Source: an uncultured Treponema sp.
Lineage (GTDB): Bacteria; Spirochaetota; Spirochaetia; Treponematales; Treponemataceae
Direction of reading: 5' to 3'
Length of the DNA: 35,260 nucleotides
Assembly: GCA_905236465.1 (NCBI GenBank)
Contig: CAJOQA010000329.1
Span: 1-35,260 of the forward strand
Under the pieces are notes generated by a model that saw only the letters and a list, made by a program, of their open reading frames with translations, did not search any database and had not been told where the DNA came from. Position 1 is the stretch's first letter. The number at the start of each line of letters is the position of its first letter. Position numbers and translations under genes: made by a program. Shown one piece after another: positions 1-7,105 of this stretch.

Positions 1-196
1 GGCTTTCCCCAGATTTTCCGAACAGTGTCACATCAAAGAAATTCGCCTCATTAACCCACTGATCACCATCTTTGCGACTCCGGTTCACGGCTATACCCAT
101 TTTGCACACTGCATTACCGTTTGGCAAAAAGGATAATTCTGCATCCCTTGTAAGTCTTCCGACTAAAATAACACTGTTTAAATCTGAACTTGCCAT
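1..196 (-). CDS. ssb: Single-stranded DNA-binding protein, N-terminal part; the gene runs off the window start
   Basis: Manual minus-strand translation from the ATG at 196 gives MASSDLNSVILVGRLTRDAELSFLPNGNAVCKMGIAVNRSRKDGDQWVNEANFFDVTLFGK, a typical SSB OB-fold N-terminus. It lies directly downstream of rpsF, as in rpsF-ssb-rpsR. Not in the supplied ORF track. Confidence 0.95.
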   Translation of the reverse strand, partial: MASSDLNSVILVGRLTRDAELSFLPNGNAVCKMGIAVNRSRKDGDQWVNEANFFDVTLFGKSGES

Positions 197-226
197 AGCA
201 CCTACCCTTTGGAAAACTAAAAAGAA

Positions 227-517
227 TTATGCATCTTTTTCGGTCTTAAGAACGAAAAGATACTTTAAGAGGTTCTGGTTCAGCTTGAACTGTCTGTCTA
301 AATCTGCAATCTTTGCAGGATTTGCCTTGATGTGAAGAAGAACAAAGCGACCTCTCTTCTGCTTCTTTACTTCATAAGTAAGGTCACGATCACCAAAGGG
401 TTCTTCCTTCTCAATTTCTGCACCAAAATTTGCTAAATCGGCACGGAGTGTTTCCAAACCAATCTTTGACTTTTCATCCTCAAGAGGATAAATTGTCATA
501 AGTTCATACTTTCTCAT
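227..517 (-). CDS. rpsF: 30S ribosomal protein S6 (bS6)
   Basis: MRKYELMTI...GDRDLTYEVKKQKRG...LKYLFV matches the bS6 pattern. AAGGAG SD upstream; followed by ssb. Confidence 0.96.
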   Translation of the reverse strand: MRKYELMTIYPLEDEKSKIGLETLRADLANFGAEIEKEEPFGDRDLTYEVKKQKRGRFVLLHIKANPAKIADLDRQFKLNQNLLKYLFVLKTEKDA

Positions 518-524
518 AGTATGA

Positions 525-573
525 TTCTCCTTACGGACTAAAAATGGGAACTACATACGCAGTTCCAAGGGAA
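525..573 (-). promoter_or_regulatory. S6:S18-type ribosomal protein leader (translational autoregulation element)
   Basis: Minus-strand RNA UUCCCUU-GGAACUGC-GUAU-GUAGUUCC-CAUUUUUAGU-CCG-U-AAGGAGAA has an 8-bp inner stem, CCUU able to pair with the SD AAGG, and an unpaired CCG just before the SD. This is the hallmark of the known bS6:bS18-binding motif. Confidence 0.8.
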
Positions 574-577
574 CCTT

Positions 578-606
578 ATCTTAACAAATTACAAAAAATT
601 AGTCAA
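578..606 (-). promoter_or_regulatory. Sigma70-like promoter for rpsF-ssb
   Basis: TTGACT (606-601), 17 nt, TAAGAT (583-578); the predicted start falls right at the leader element. Confidence 0.65.
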
Positions 607-687
607 TCACAGATAAAAATAATCCGATTTTTAAACATGATGCATATGATTGCTTGCAACTGGCTCAAGAGGTCTTTTCAGCATCAC

Positions 688-717
688 TTGACCTTCTTTG
701 TTAATTGAATTTATAAT
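688..717 (+). promoter_or_regulatory. Sigma70-like promoter for the ankyrin-rsmD genes
   Basis: TTGACC (688-693), 18 nt, TATAAT (712-717), then a GAGG SD before ATG 732. Confidence 0.6.
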
Positions 718-731
718 GATTTGAGGAAAAG

Positions 732-2630
732 ATGTTTACAATCCGATTATATAACAAATATATAGTATCTTTAATTTTACTTTTCTCTTTTTCCCTCTAT
801 TTTGCTTTTGCAAAGACAAAGACTGATTATGAATTTTTAGCTGAGAATGGAAATCTTCAAGAAATAAAGGCAGCCTTTAAAAGCAACAGCCAGTTAAATT
901 CCGCTACTTTTGGTCAGCTAAAAGAGAATTTCCTTATGCTTGTCTTAAAAAACAAAAGACCTTCAGATATTGTGGAATTTGTTTTGCAAAGCGACGAATG
1001 TGATGTTACTCAAAAAAACAAAAACAAAGCAACCTCCGTCATGTACGCGGCCCAATATGCCCAGGATCCTGCGATTCTTGATGCGGTAATAACTTGTGGA
1101 ACGGCTTTTAATATAGGTACAAAAAGTCGGGTAAAGGCAAAAGATAAAGATGGAAAAAATTCATTTGATTATGCCCTTTTAAATGAAACCGATGGAATTT
1201 TTGAGGTTTTGGCAAAATATGCCCCTGATTTAGCGGAAAATTATTTAAAGAAAGCTGATACTAAAACGGATGAAAGTGAGAATAATCAGGAAACTGAAAA
1301 AGAATCTTTAGTTGAAGGTGAATATTCGCAAGAAGATCTACCTTTTGTAGACTTATCGTATACAAATAACGTAAAAGATATAGCAGCAGCCTTTTCAAAG
1401 AATAAAGATTTAGCAACGAGACGCTTTGGAAGTAATCAGGAAACTTTTTTGATGCTGGTCCTAAAGGCTAATTGTAATATAGATGTTATTGAAAAAGTTA
1501 TTTCTAAGGGGGTAGATGTAAAAGCTCTTGCAAAGGATGGCAGGACTGCCCTGATGTATGCGGCCCAATACTCATCTAGTGTTGAAGTTTTTGATAAAAT
1601 TGTAAAGACAAAAGCTTTTTTATCTTCTACAAGAAAGGAAAAAGTTTTGCAAAAAGATTTTGAAGGAAGATCCTTGTATGATTATGCAAAGGTAAATCCT
1701 TCAATAGAAATTCCCCAAAGGGTTTTGTATTATGCAGCGGAATTAGCTTCCCTACCGCCAGTTCCGCTTAAGGGCAATGAAGAAAAATCAGAAGAAGCTA
1801 TAGCAGAAGAGGCTGAAAGCAATAAAAACACAGCTGAGGAGTCTGAAATTCCGCGCGTTTCAGCGGATAGTCAAAAATCAGCAGAGGATGCCTTTGTAGA
1901 GATAAAAAAGCCTGCTAAGGAAGCAGCTTCCTTTGTTTCTACTTATTTATATGACTATGCACTAGAAGATATTGTTCCTAATTCTGAGGCCGAATCAGAA
2001 TCTTCTTTGCGTATAGCAGATCCAAATGCAGCAGATGCCAGTGGCGTTACTATGCTGATGAAGGCCGCTAAAGCTGGTAACGATTGGGATGTAAAACTTT
2101 TATTGCAAAATGGTGCTGATATTCAAAAACGGGACAAGGATGGTTGGACTGCCCTTATGTATGCTGTTCGATATCAGAATAATCTTGAACTTATAAAAAC
2201 GTTAGTAGATAATGGTGCTTATAAGAGAGTTAGAAATAATTTTAATGCAACTCCCCTTTTGATGGCAGCAGAGTATAGTCAAAATCCAGATATTCTTGAT
2301 TTATTCTTAAAAGATAGATCGATTACTGAAAATGAAGTATTTAACGCATTTGTTCTTTCTATTACAAGTACGGCTGGCTCTAATCATATAAAAGAAGCGA
2401 AAATAAAGCTTTTTACAGCAATGAATATTCCCGTTAACCGTATTTGGAAAGGTAAAACCCCACTGATGTACGCTTGTCAATATGCGTCATCTTCTTCTGT
2501 AATACAGATTCTCTTAGACAGCGGTGCTCGCACGGATTTACGAAATCCAGAAGGTAAGACTGCCTTTGATTATGCAAAGGATAATATAAATTTAGCCCAC
2601 GACGATATTTACTGGTCGTTGAATAATTAA
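732..2630 (+). CDS. Exported ankyrin-repeat protein with three ankyrin blocks separated by acidic linkers
   Basis: Ankyrin motifs DGRTALMYAAQY, SGVTMLMKAAKAG, DGWTALMYAVRY, NATPLLMAAEY, GKTPLMYACQY. Hydrophobic N-terminus ending in AFA suggests a Sec/SPI signal peptide. Confidence 0.88.
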   Translation: MFTIRLYNKYIVSLILLFSFSLYFAFAKTKTDYEFLAENGNLQEIKAAFKSNSQLNSATFGQLKENFLMLVLKNKRPSDIVEFVLQSDECDVTQKNKNKATSVMYAAQYAQDPAILDAVITCGTAFNIGTKSRVKAKDKDGKNSFDYALLNETDGIFEVLAKYAPDLAENYLKKADTKTDESENNQETEKESLVEGEYSQEDLPFVDLSYTNNVKDIAAAFSKNKDLATRRFGSNQETFLMLVLKANCNIDVIEKVISKGVDVKALAKDGRTALMYAAQYSSSVEVFDKIVKTKAFLSSTRKEKVLQKDFEGRSLYDYAKVNPSIEIPQRVLYYAAELASLPPVPLKGNEEKSEEAIAEEAESNKNTAEESEIPRVSADSQKSAEDAFVEIKKPAKEAASFVSTYLYDYALEDIVPNSEAESESSLRIADPNAADASGVTMLMKAAKAGNDWDVKLLLQNGADIQKRDKDGWTALMYAVRYQNNLELIKTLVDNGAYKRVRNNFNATPLLMAAEYSQNPDILDLFLKDRSITENEVFNAFVLSITSTAGSNHIKEAKIKLFTAMNIPVNRIWKGKTPLMYACQYASSSSVIQILLDSGARTDLRNPEGKTAFDYAKDNINLAHDDIYWSLNN

Positions 2631-2639
2631 GGATGGTGT

Positions 2640-3215
2640 ATGCGTATTACAGGCGGTATACTGAAAGGCAGGGTTACAAAAGTTCCCGATGGGAAAATGG
2701 CTATAAGACCTGCTATGGATAGGATGAGAGAATCTGTTTTTGATATTCTTAATCCTAAAATTCCAGGCAAATCTTTTTTGGATTTATTTTCAGGTTCAGG
2801 GACAATTGCGCTTGAAGCAGTTTCACATGGTGCAAAAGAAGTTTCTTTATGTGAAATGGATAAGGCAAAGGCTTCTACAATATTAAAAAATGTCGCGATG
2901 GCTGAAGAAGTTGGTGTTAGAATAGACTGCCACTTTATGGCTGTTGAGCTTTATCTAAAGAGATGCAAAAAAAAATTTGACTTTATCTTTTTAGACCCCC
3001 CCTTCCCTTATAAATTTAGAAAAAGTTTAATAGAAATAATTTCTGAACGAAAACTTATTACAGAAAATGGATTGGCAATAATACACTATCCACATGAAGA
3101 TCCATTGCCAGAGACAATTAAAGATTTGCATAGGTGTGATCAGAGAATTTATGGAAGGTCCATAGTTGATTTTTTTTCTTTCAAAAAAGAAAATGAACTT
3201 GACAAAATGGAATAA
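2640..3215 (+). CDS. rsmD: 16S rRNA m2G966 methyltransferase, RsmD family
   Basis: MRITGG, RPAMDRMRESVF, LDLFSGSG (SAM binding), LEAVSHGA and DPPF motifs. Confidence 0.92.
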   Translation: MRITGGILKGRVTKVPDGKMAIRPAMDRMRESVFDILNPKIPGKSFLDLFSGSGTIALEAVSHGAKEVSLCEMDKAKASTILKNVAMAEEVGVRIDCHFMAVELYLKRCKKKFDFIFLDPPFPYKFRKSLIEIISERKLITENGLAIIHYPHEDPLPETIKDLHRCDQRIYGRSIVDFFSFKKENELDKME

Positions 3216-3248
3216 CAAGTTAAAATTAATTATATAAAAGGAATTTTC

Positions 3249-3596
3249 ATGGATGAAAATTTAAAAAAGACTATAGATAGCAAACAGGGAACTGATGGTT
3301 TTATAAAGGTAACTGAAAAACCTGTTTCTGGTCTGACTGATCCTCAGAAAGTCGCACTAAATCGTAAGGCAAATGCCCTTTTTAATGAGGGAAAAATTGA
3401 AATGGCTGAGCGTATTTTTATTGCAACAGGCTATTCTGATGGGCTTACTAGGGTTGGTGATTCTTATGCAAAGAAAAATGATTACCTCAAGGCATTAAAA
3501 TTGTACCTTTTGGCTCATAATAGGCGAAAAGCAGACCCCCTTATAGAAAAGTTTTCTAGTTTGATTTCTGTAATGTTAAAAAGTAGTGAGGAATAA
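3249..3596 (+). CDS. Conserved hypothetical alpha-helical (TPR-like) protein
   Basis: 115-aa ORF with SD (AAGGA) and TPR-like helices (LNRKANALFNEGKIEMAERIF; LTRVGDSYAKKNDYLKALKLY); 3 nt upstream of the TPR gene. Confidence 0.75.
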   Translation: MDENLKKTIDSKQGTDGFIKVTEKPVSGLTDPQKVALNRKANALFNEGKIEMAERIFIATGYSDGLTRVGDSYAKKNDYLKALKLYLLAHNRRKADPLIEKFSSLISVMLKSSEE

Positions 3597-3599
3597 AAA

Positions 3600-4787
3600 A
3601 TGGCAGATTTTGTAAAAAACGATGGTCACAAGCGGCTTGATGATGATTTATTTGAGGATGATTCATTGTCACAAACTTTAATTGAACCACGTCCAGAAGA
3701 TGGCGTTGCAAATGAAATAAGTGAGCTATCTAAAAAAGGTTATTCCTTCTTAAAAGAAAATAAAATAGAGGATGCCATAGATTCTTTTAAACAGATTCTT
3801 TCTATAGAAGATAATAATAACTATGCTCTTGTCGGTTTGGGAGATAGTGAACGTAAGCAGGGGCATTTTAAGGATGCAATAGACTATTATTCTAGATGCC
3901 TTTCTTTTCATCCTGGTAACAATTATGCCCTATTCGGTCTTGCTGACTGCTACAAGGCATTGAATCAGTACCATAAAGCAATAGATATTTGGAAACAGTA
4001 TCTTGTTCATGATGATAGAAATATTACAGTTCTAACTAGAGTTGCAGATGCATATAGAAAAATCCGTGATTTTAAAAAGAGTAAGCAATTGTATTTACAA
4101 GTATTAGATATGGAAGAAAACAATGCCTATGCTCTTATCGGATTGGGACACCTTCATTATGACTTTAAGGAATATAAAGATGCCCTTTACTATTGGACAA
4201 AAATGCTTGATGCTAGCCCCCAGCATATTGATATTAGAGTTTTAACTTCTATAGGAAATTGCCATCGTAAGCTCAAGACTTTTGATAAAGGACTTGTTTA
4301 TTTTGAGCGTGCTTTGGAAATGGATCCTAAAAACTTCTATGCCCTATTTGGTCTTGCTGACTGTTATCGTGGAATGAATCAGCAGTTTCGTTCTATTGAA
4401 TATTGGAATAAGATTTTGGCTATGGATCCAAATAACAAGGTTATTCTTACTCGTGCAGGCGATGCCTACCGTAACACAGGAGATTATAAAACAGCAACAG
4501 AATACTATAATCGTGCCATGGATATAGATTTCGATATATATGCTGCCTTGGGTCTTGCCTTAATATGCAAGGGTGAAGGAAAATATGAAGAAGCTATAGA
4601 ACGTCTTTCTAAGTTAATTCGTGATGATGATAAGAATTATCGTCTTTATATTGACTTAGCTGACTGTTATATAAAGATGAACCAAAAACAAAAGGCCATA
4701 GAAATTTTACAGTCATTCCAAAAAAATGGGATTAGAAGTCAGTCTGTAAATGATATGCTAGAAAAACTTTCCGCTTCTTATGCCTAA
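3600..4787 (+). CDS. Tetratricopeptide repeat protein (about 9-10 TPRs)
   Basis: Repeats with a 34-aa period (NNYALVGLGDSER, NNYALFGLADCYK, NAYALIGLGHLHY, NFYALFGLADCYR); acidic N-terminal extension. Confidence 0.92.
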   Translation: MADFVKNDGHKRLDDDLFEDDSLSQTLIEPRPEDGVANEISELSKKGYSFLKENKIEDAIDSFKQILSIEDNNNYALVGLGDSERKQGHFKDAIDYYSRCLSFHPGNNYALFGLADCYKALNQYHKAIDIWKQYLVHDDRNITVLTRVADAYRKIRDFKKSKQLYLQVLDMEENNAYALIGLGHLHYDFKEYKDALYYWTKMLDASPQHIDIRVLTSIGNCHRKLKTFDKGLVYFERALEMDPKNFYALFGLADCYRGMNQQFRSIEYWNKILAMDPNNKVILTRAGDAYRNTGDYKTATEYYNRAMDIDFDIYAALGLALICKGEGKYEEAIERLSKLIRDDDKNYRLYIDLADCYIKMNQKQKAIEILQSFQKNGIRSQSVNDMLEKLSASYA

Positions 4788-5817
4788 AAAAATTGCTTTA
4801 TTGGGCTTGTCTGCTTCTGAAATTGTTGAAGCCTTAGCTTTAAGCCCTTCTTTTAGGGGAAAACAAATTTTCTCTTGGCTTTCTAAAGGTGTGGATTCTT
4901 TTGAAAAGATGAAGAATTTGGACAAAACTACTTTAGAAAAGCTAAATACAGTTGCTGTTATTTATACTTCCTCTGTTAGTAAAGTACTAAAGGATCCAGA
5001 TGGCACTATAAAACTTCAGATTACATTAGAGGATGGCCGAGCTATTGAAACTGTTCTTCTAACAGACAAAGAAGGTAGAAAAACTGCTTGTGTTTCTTGC
5101 CAGGCAGGTTGTGCTATGGGCTGTGCATTTTGTCAAACCGGCCAGTTGGGCTTAGGGCGCAATTTGACTGCGGGAGAAATCGTAGAAGAATTTTTTTATT
5201 TGGAAAAAGAAGCTGGAAAACTTGACAATATAGTTTTTATGGGGATGGGTGAACCCTTACAAAACTTAAGTGCTATAAGAAAGGCTGTGGAAATTCTTAC
5301 AGATAAAAATGGAAGGGCTTTGAGTACTAGGAGAATCACATTAAGCACCTGTGGTCTGGTACAAGGTATATATGAACTTGCTGATAAGGGACCTAAAATG
5401 CGACTTGCCTTGTCTTTGACAAGTGCAGATTCTGATTTAAGGGAAGCCCTTATGCCAGTTGCTAAGGGAAATTCCTTAGGAGAGTTAAAAAAGGCTTTGG
5501 CTTACTATATAGAGAAAACGGGAAAAAGGGTTACTTTAGAAGCTGCCCTACTTGCTGGTAAGAATACAGGAAAAGAAAGCGCAGCTAAGCTCATTGAATT
5601 TGCGAAGGATTTAGATGTTTATATAAACTTAATTCCTTGGAATCCTGTTCCTGGGCTTGATTTTTCTACCCCTTCAACTTCTGAATGTTCTTATTTTTTA
5701 AGACAACTTGAAGATGCAGGTTTAAATGTAAACTTACGAGTAAGGCGGGGGGCTAAAATAGGCGGTGCATGTGGTCAATTGGGAAAATCATCGGTAAGTT
5801 TTGGTAAAACATCTTGA
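4780..5817 (+). CDS. rlmN: Radical-SAM 23S rRNA/tRNA m2A methyltransferase RlmN
   Basis: CVSCQAGCAMGCAFCQTG (CxxxCxxC), RNLTAGEI, FMGMGEP, NLIPWNP and C-terminal GACGQL. Confidence 0.95.
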   Translation: MPKKIALLGLSASEIVEALALSPSFRGKQIFSWLSKGVDSFEKMKNLDKTTLEKLNTVAVIYTSSVSKVLKDPDGTIKLQITLEDGRAIETVLLTDKEGRKTACVSCQAGCAMGCAFCQTGQLGLGRNLTAGEIVEEFFYLEKEAGKLDNIVFMGMGEPLQNLSAIRKAVEILTDKNGRALSTRRITLSTCGLVQGIYELADKGPKMRLALSLTSADSDLREALMPVAKGNSLGELKKALAYYIEKTGKRVTLEAALLAGKNTGKESAAKLIEFAKDLDVYINLIPWNPVPGLDFSTPSTSECSYFLRQLEDAGLNVNLRVRRGAKIGGACGQLGKSSVSFGKTS

Positions 5818-5842
5818 ACATTTTCAATGCAATTACTATAAT
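5814..5842 (+). promoter_or_regulatory. Sigma70-like promoter for the HMA-like and dehydrogenase genes
   Basis: TTGAAC (5814-5819), 17 nt, TATAAT (5837-5842). The -35 is the left arm of the inverted repeat TTGAA-catt-TTCAA. Confidence 0.65.
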
Positions 5843-5878
5843 ACAAGTATTGATAGAAGATCCTAGGAGCCTATAGTA

Positions 5879-6088
5879 ATGCAAAAGAAAATTTATGTTG
5901 CCGGAATGGATGATGACGCTACAGCTGGAAAAGTTGATGTAGCTGTAAAAGCCCTTGCTGGAGTTTCAAATGTTGTTTCAACTTCTGCTAAATGTCAGGT
6001 ATGCGTAGATTTTGATGAGGGAGTAGCAGGTATAGAAGATGCTATAAATGCTGCTATATCTTCAGTTGGTGTTACAGTTTTGGGATGA
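5879..6088 (+). CDS. HMA/CopZ-fold small protein lacking the canonical CxxC
   Basis: 69 aa with an HMA pattern (KIYVAGM..., ALAGVSNV, V.VDFD, I..AI...G.TV); the loop reads GMDDDAT instead of GMxCxxC. AGGAG SD; ATGA overlap with the next gene. Confidence 0.75.
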   Translation: MQKKIYVAGMDDDATAGKVDVAVKALAGVSNVVSTSAKCQVCVDFDEGVAGIEDAINAAISSVGVTVLG

Positions 6089-7026
6089 AAATAACAGTTT
6101 TAGATGGTAATGCCCTAAATCCAGGCGATTTATCATGGAGTCCTCTTGAAAAATTTGGTGAATTAACAGTTTTCCCAAGGACAGAGCCTGAGGATGTGAT
6201 AAATCGCATTGGTGATAGTGAGATTATACTCTTAAATAAAATAAATATTACTGAAAATATACTTAATTCTTGTAAAAGTTTAAAATACATCGGTGTTCAA
6301 GCTACAGGTTACAATGTAATTGATATAGAGGCCTGTAAGTGGCATGGTGTTACCGTTACAAATGTTCCTTCTTATTCAACAGCTGGAGTTGCACAACTTA
6401 CTTTTGCATTTATAACTGAGTTTGCTTGTCACACAAAAATACATTCAGACAGTGTTATGGCTGGTGATTGGTGTAAGAGCCCTGACTTTTGTTATTGGAA
6501 ATTGCCCCTAACAGAATTAGAAGGAAAAGTCCTTGGAATACTAGGCTATGGTAACATAGGAAGCCGTGTTGCACAGATTGGCAAAGCTTTTGGAATGAAA
6601 ATAATTGTATGTTCAAGAAGTAAAAAAAATGGTGTCGATAATGTAACTTTAGAAGAACTTCTTTCTATGTCCGATTTTATAACCCTACATGCCCCCCTTA
6701 CAAAAGAGACAAGTAAGATTATAAATAAAGATAGCCTTAAATATGTAAAAAAAACTTCATATATCATAAATACAGCTAGAGGTGGTTTAGTAGATGAAGA
6801 AGCAATACGGGATGCCCTTGATAGCAAAGCTATTGCAGGATATGCTGCCGATAGTGTAAGTGAAGAACCTATGAAAAGCAACAATCCCCTTTTGGGAGCT
6901 CCGAATTGTCTTTTAACCCCTCATATTGCTTGGGCTGCAACAGAAACAAGGCAAAGGCTTCTGAATATTGTGGTAGAAAATATTGAAGCTTGGCTGAATA
7001 ATAAAAAACAAAATGTTATTGTTTAA
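6085..7026 (+). CDS. D-2-hydroxyacid dehydrogenase (glycerate dehydrogenase / hydroxypyruvate reductase-like)
   Basis: MKITVLDG..LNPGDLSW, ATGYNVID, GYGNIG (Rossmann), LHAPLT, INTARG, EEP and TPHIAW, giving the catalytic Arg/Glu/His. Confidence 0.92.
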   Translation: MKITVLDGNALNPGDLSWSPLEKFGELTVFPRTEPEDVINRIGDSEIILLNKINITENILNSCKSLKYIGVQATGYNVIDIEACKWHGVTVTNVPSYSTAGVAQLTFAFITEFACHTKIHSDSVMAGDWCKSPDFCYWKLPLTELEGKVLGILGYGNIGSRVAQIGKAFGMKIIVCSRSKKNGVDNVTLEELLSMSDFITLHAPLTKETSKIINKDSLKYVKKTSYIINTARGGLVDEEAIRDALDSKAIAGYAADSVSEEPMKSNNPLLGAPNCLLTPHIAWAATETRQRLLNIVVENIEAWLNNKKQNVIV

Positions 7027-7042
7027 AATTTCCTTTTACTAC

Positions 7043-7071
7043 TTGAAATATTCAACAATACTTAATATATT
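7043..7071 (+). promoter_or_regulatory. Sigma70-like promoter for leuCD
   Basis: TTGAAA (7043-7048), 17 nt, TATATT (7066-7071). The -35 overlaps TTGAA-ata-TTCAA. Confidence 0.55.
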
Positions 7072-7105
7072 TTATTGAGATTAAAGTTAAACGAGGTATA
7101 AGGTT

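Noticed and set aside
72-335. 87-aa plus-strand ORF
   Set aside because: Antisense shadow of ssb and rpsF.
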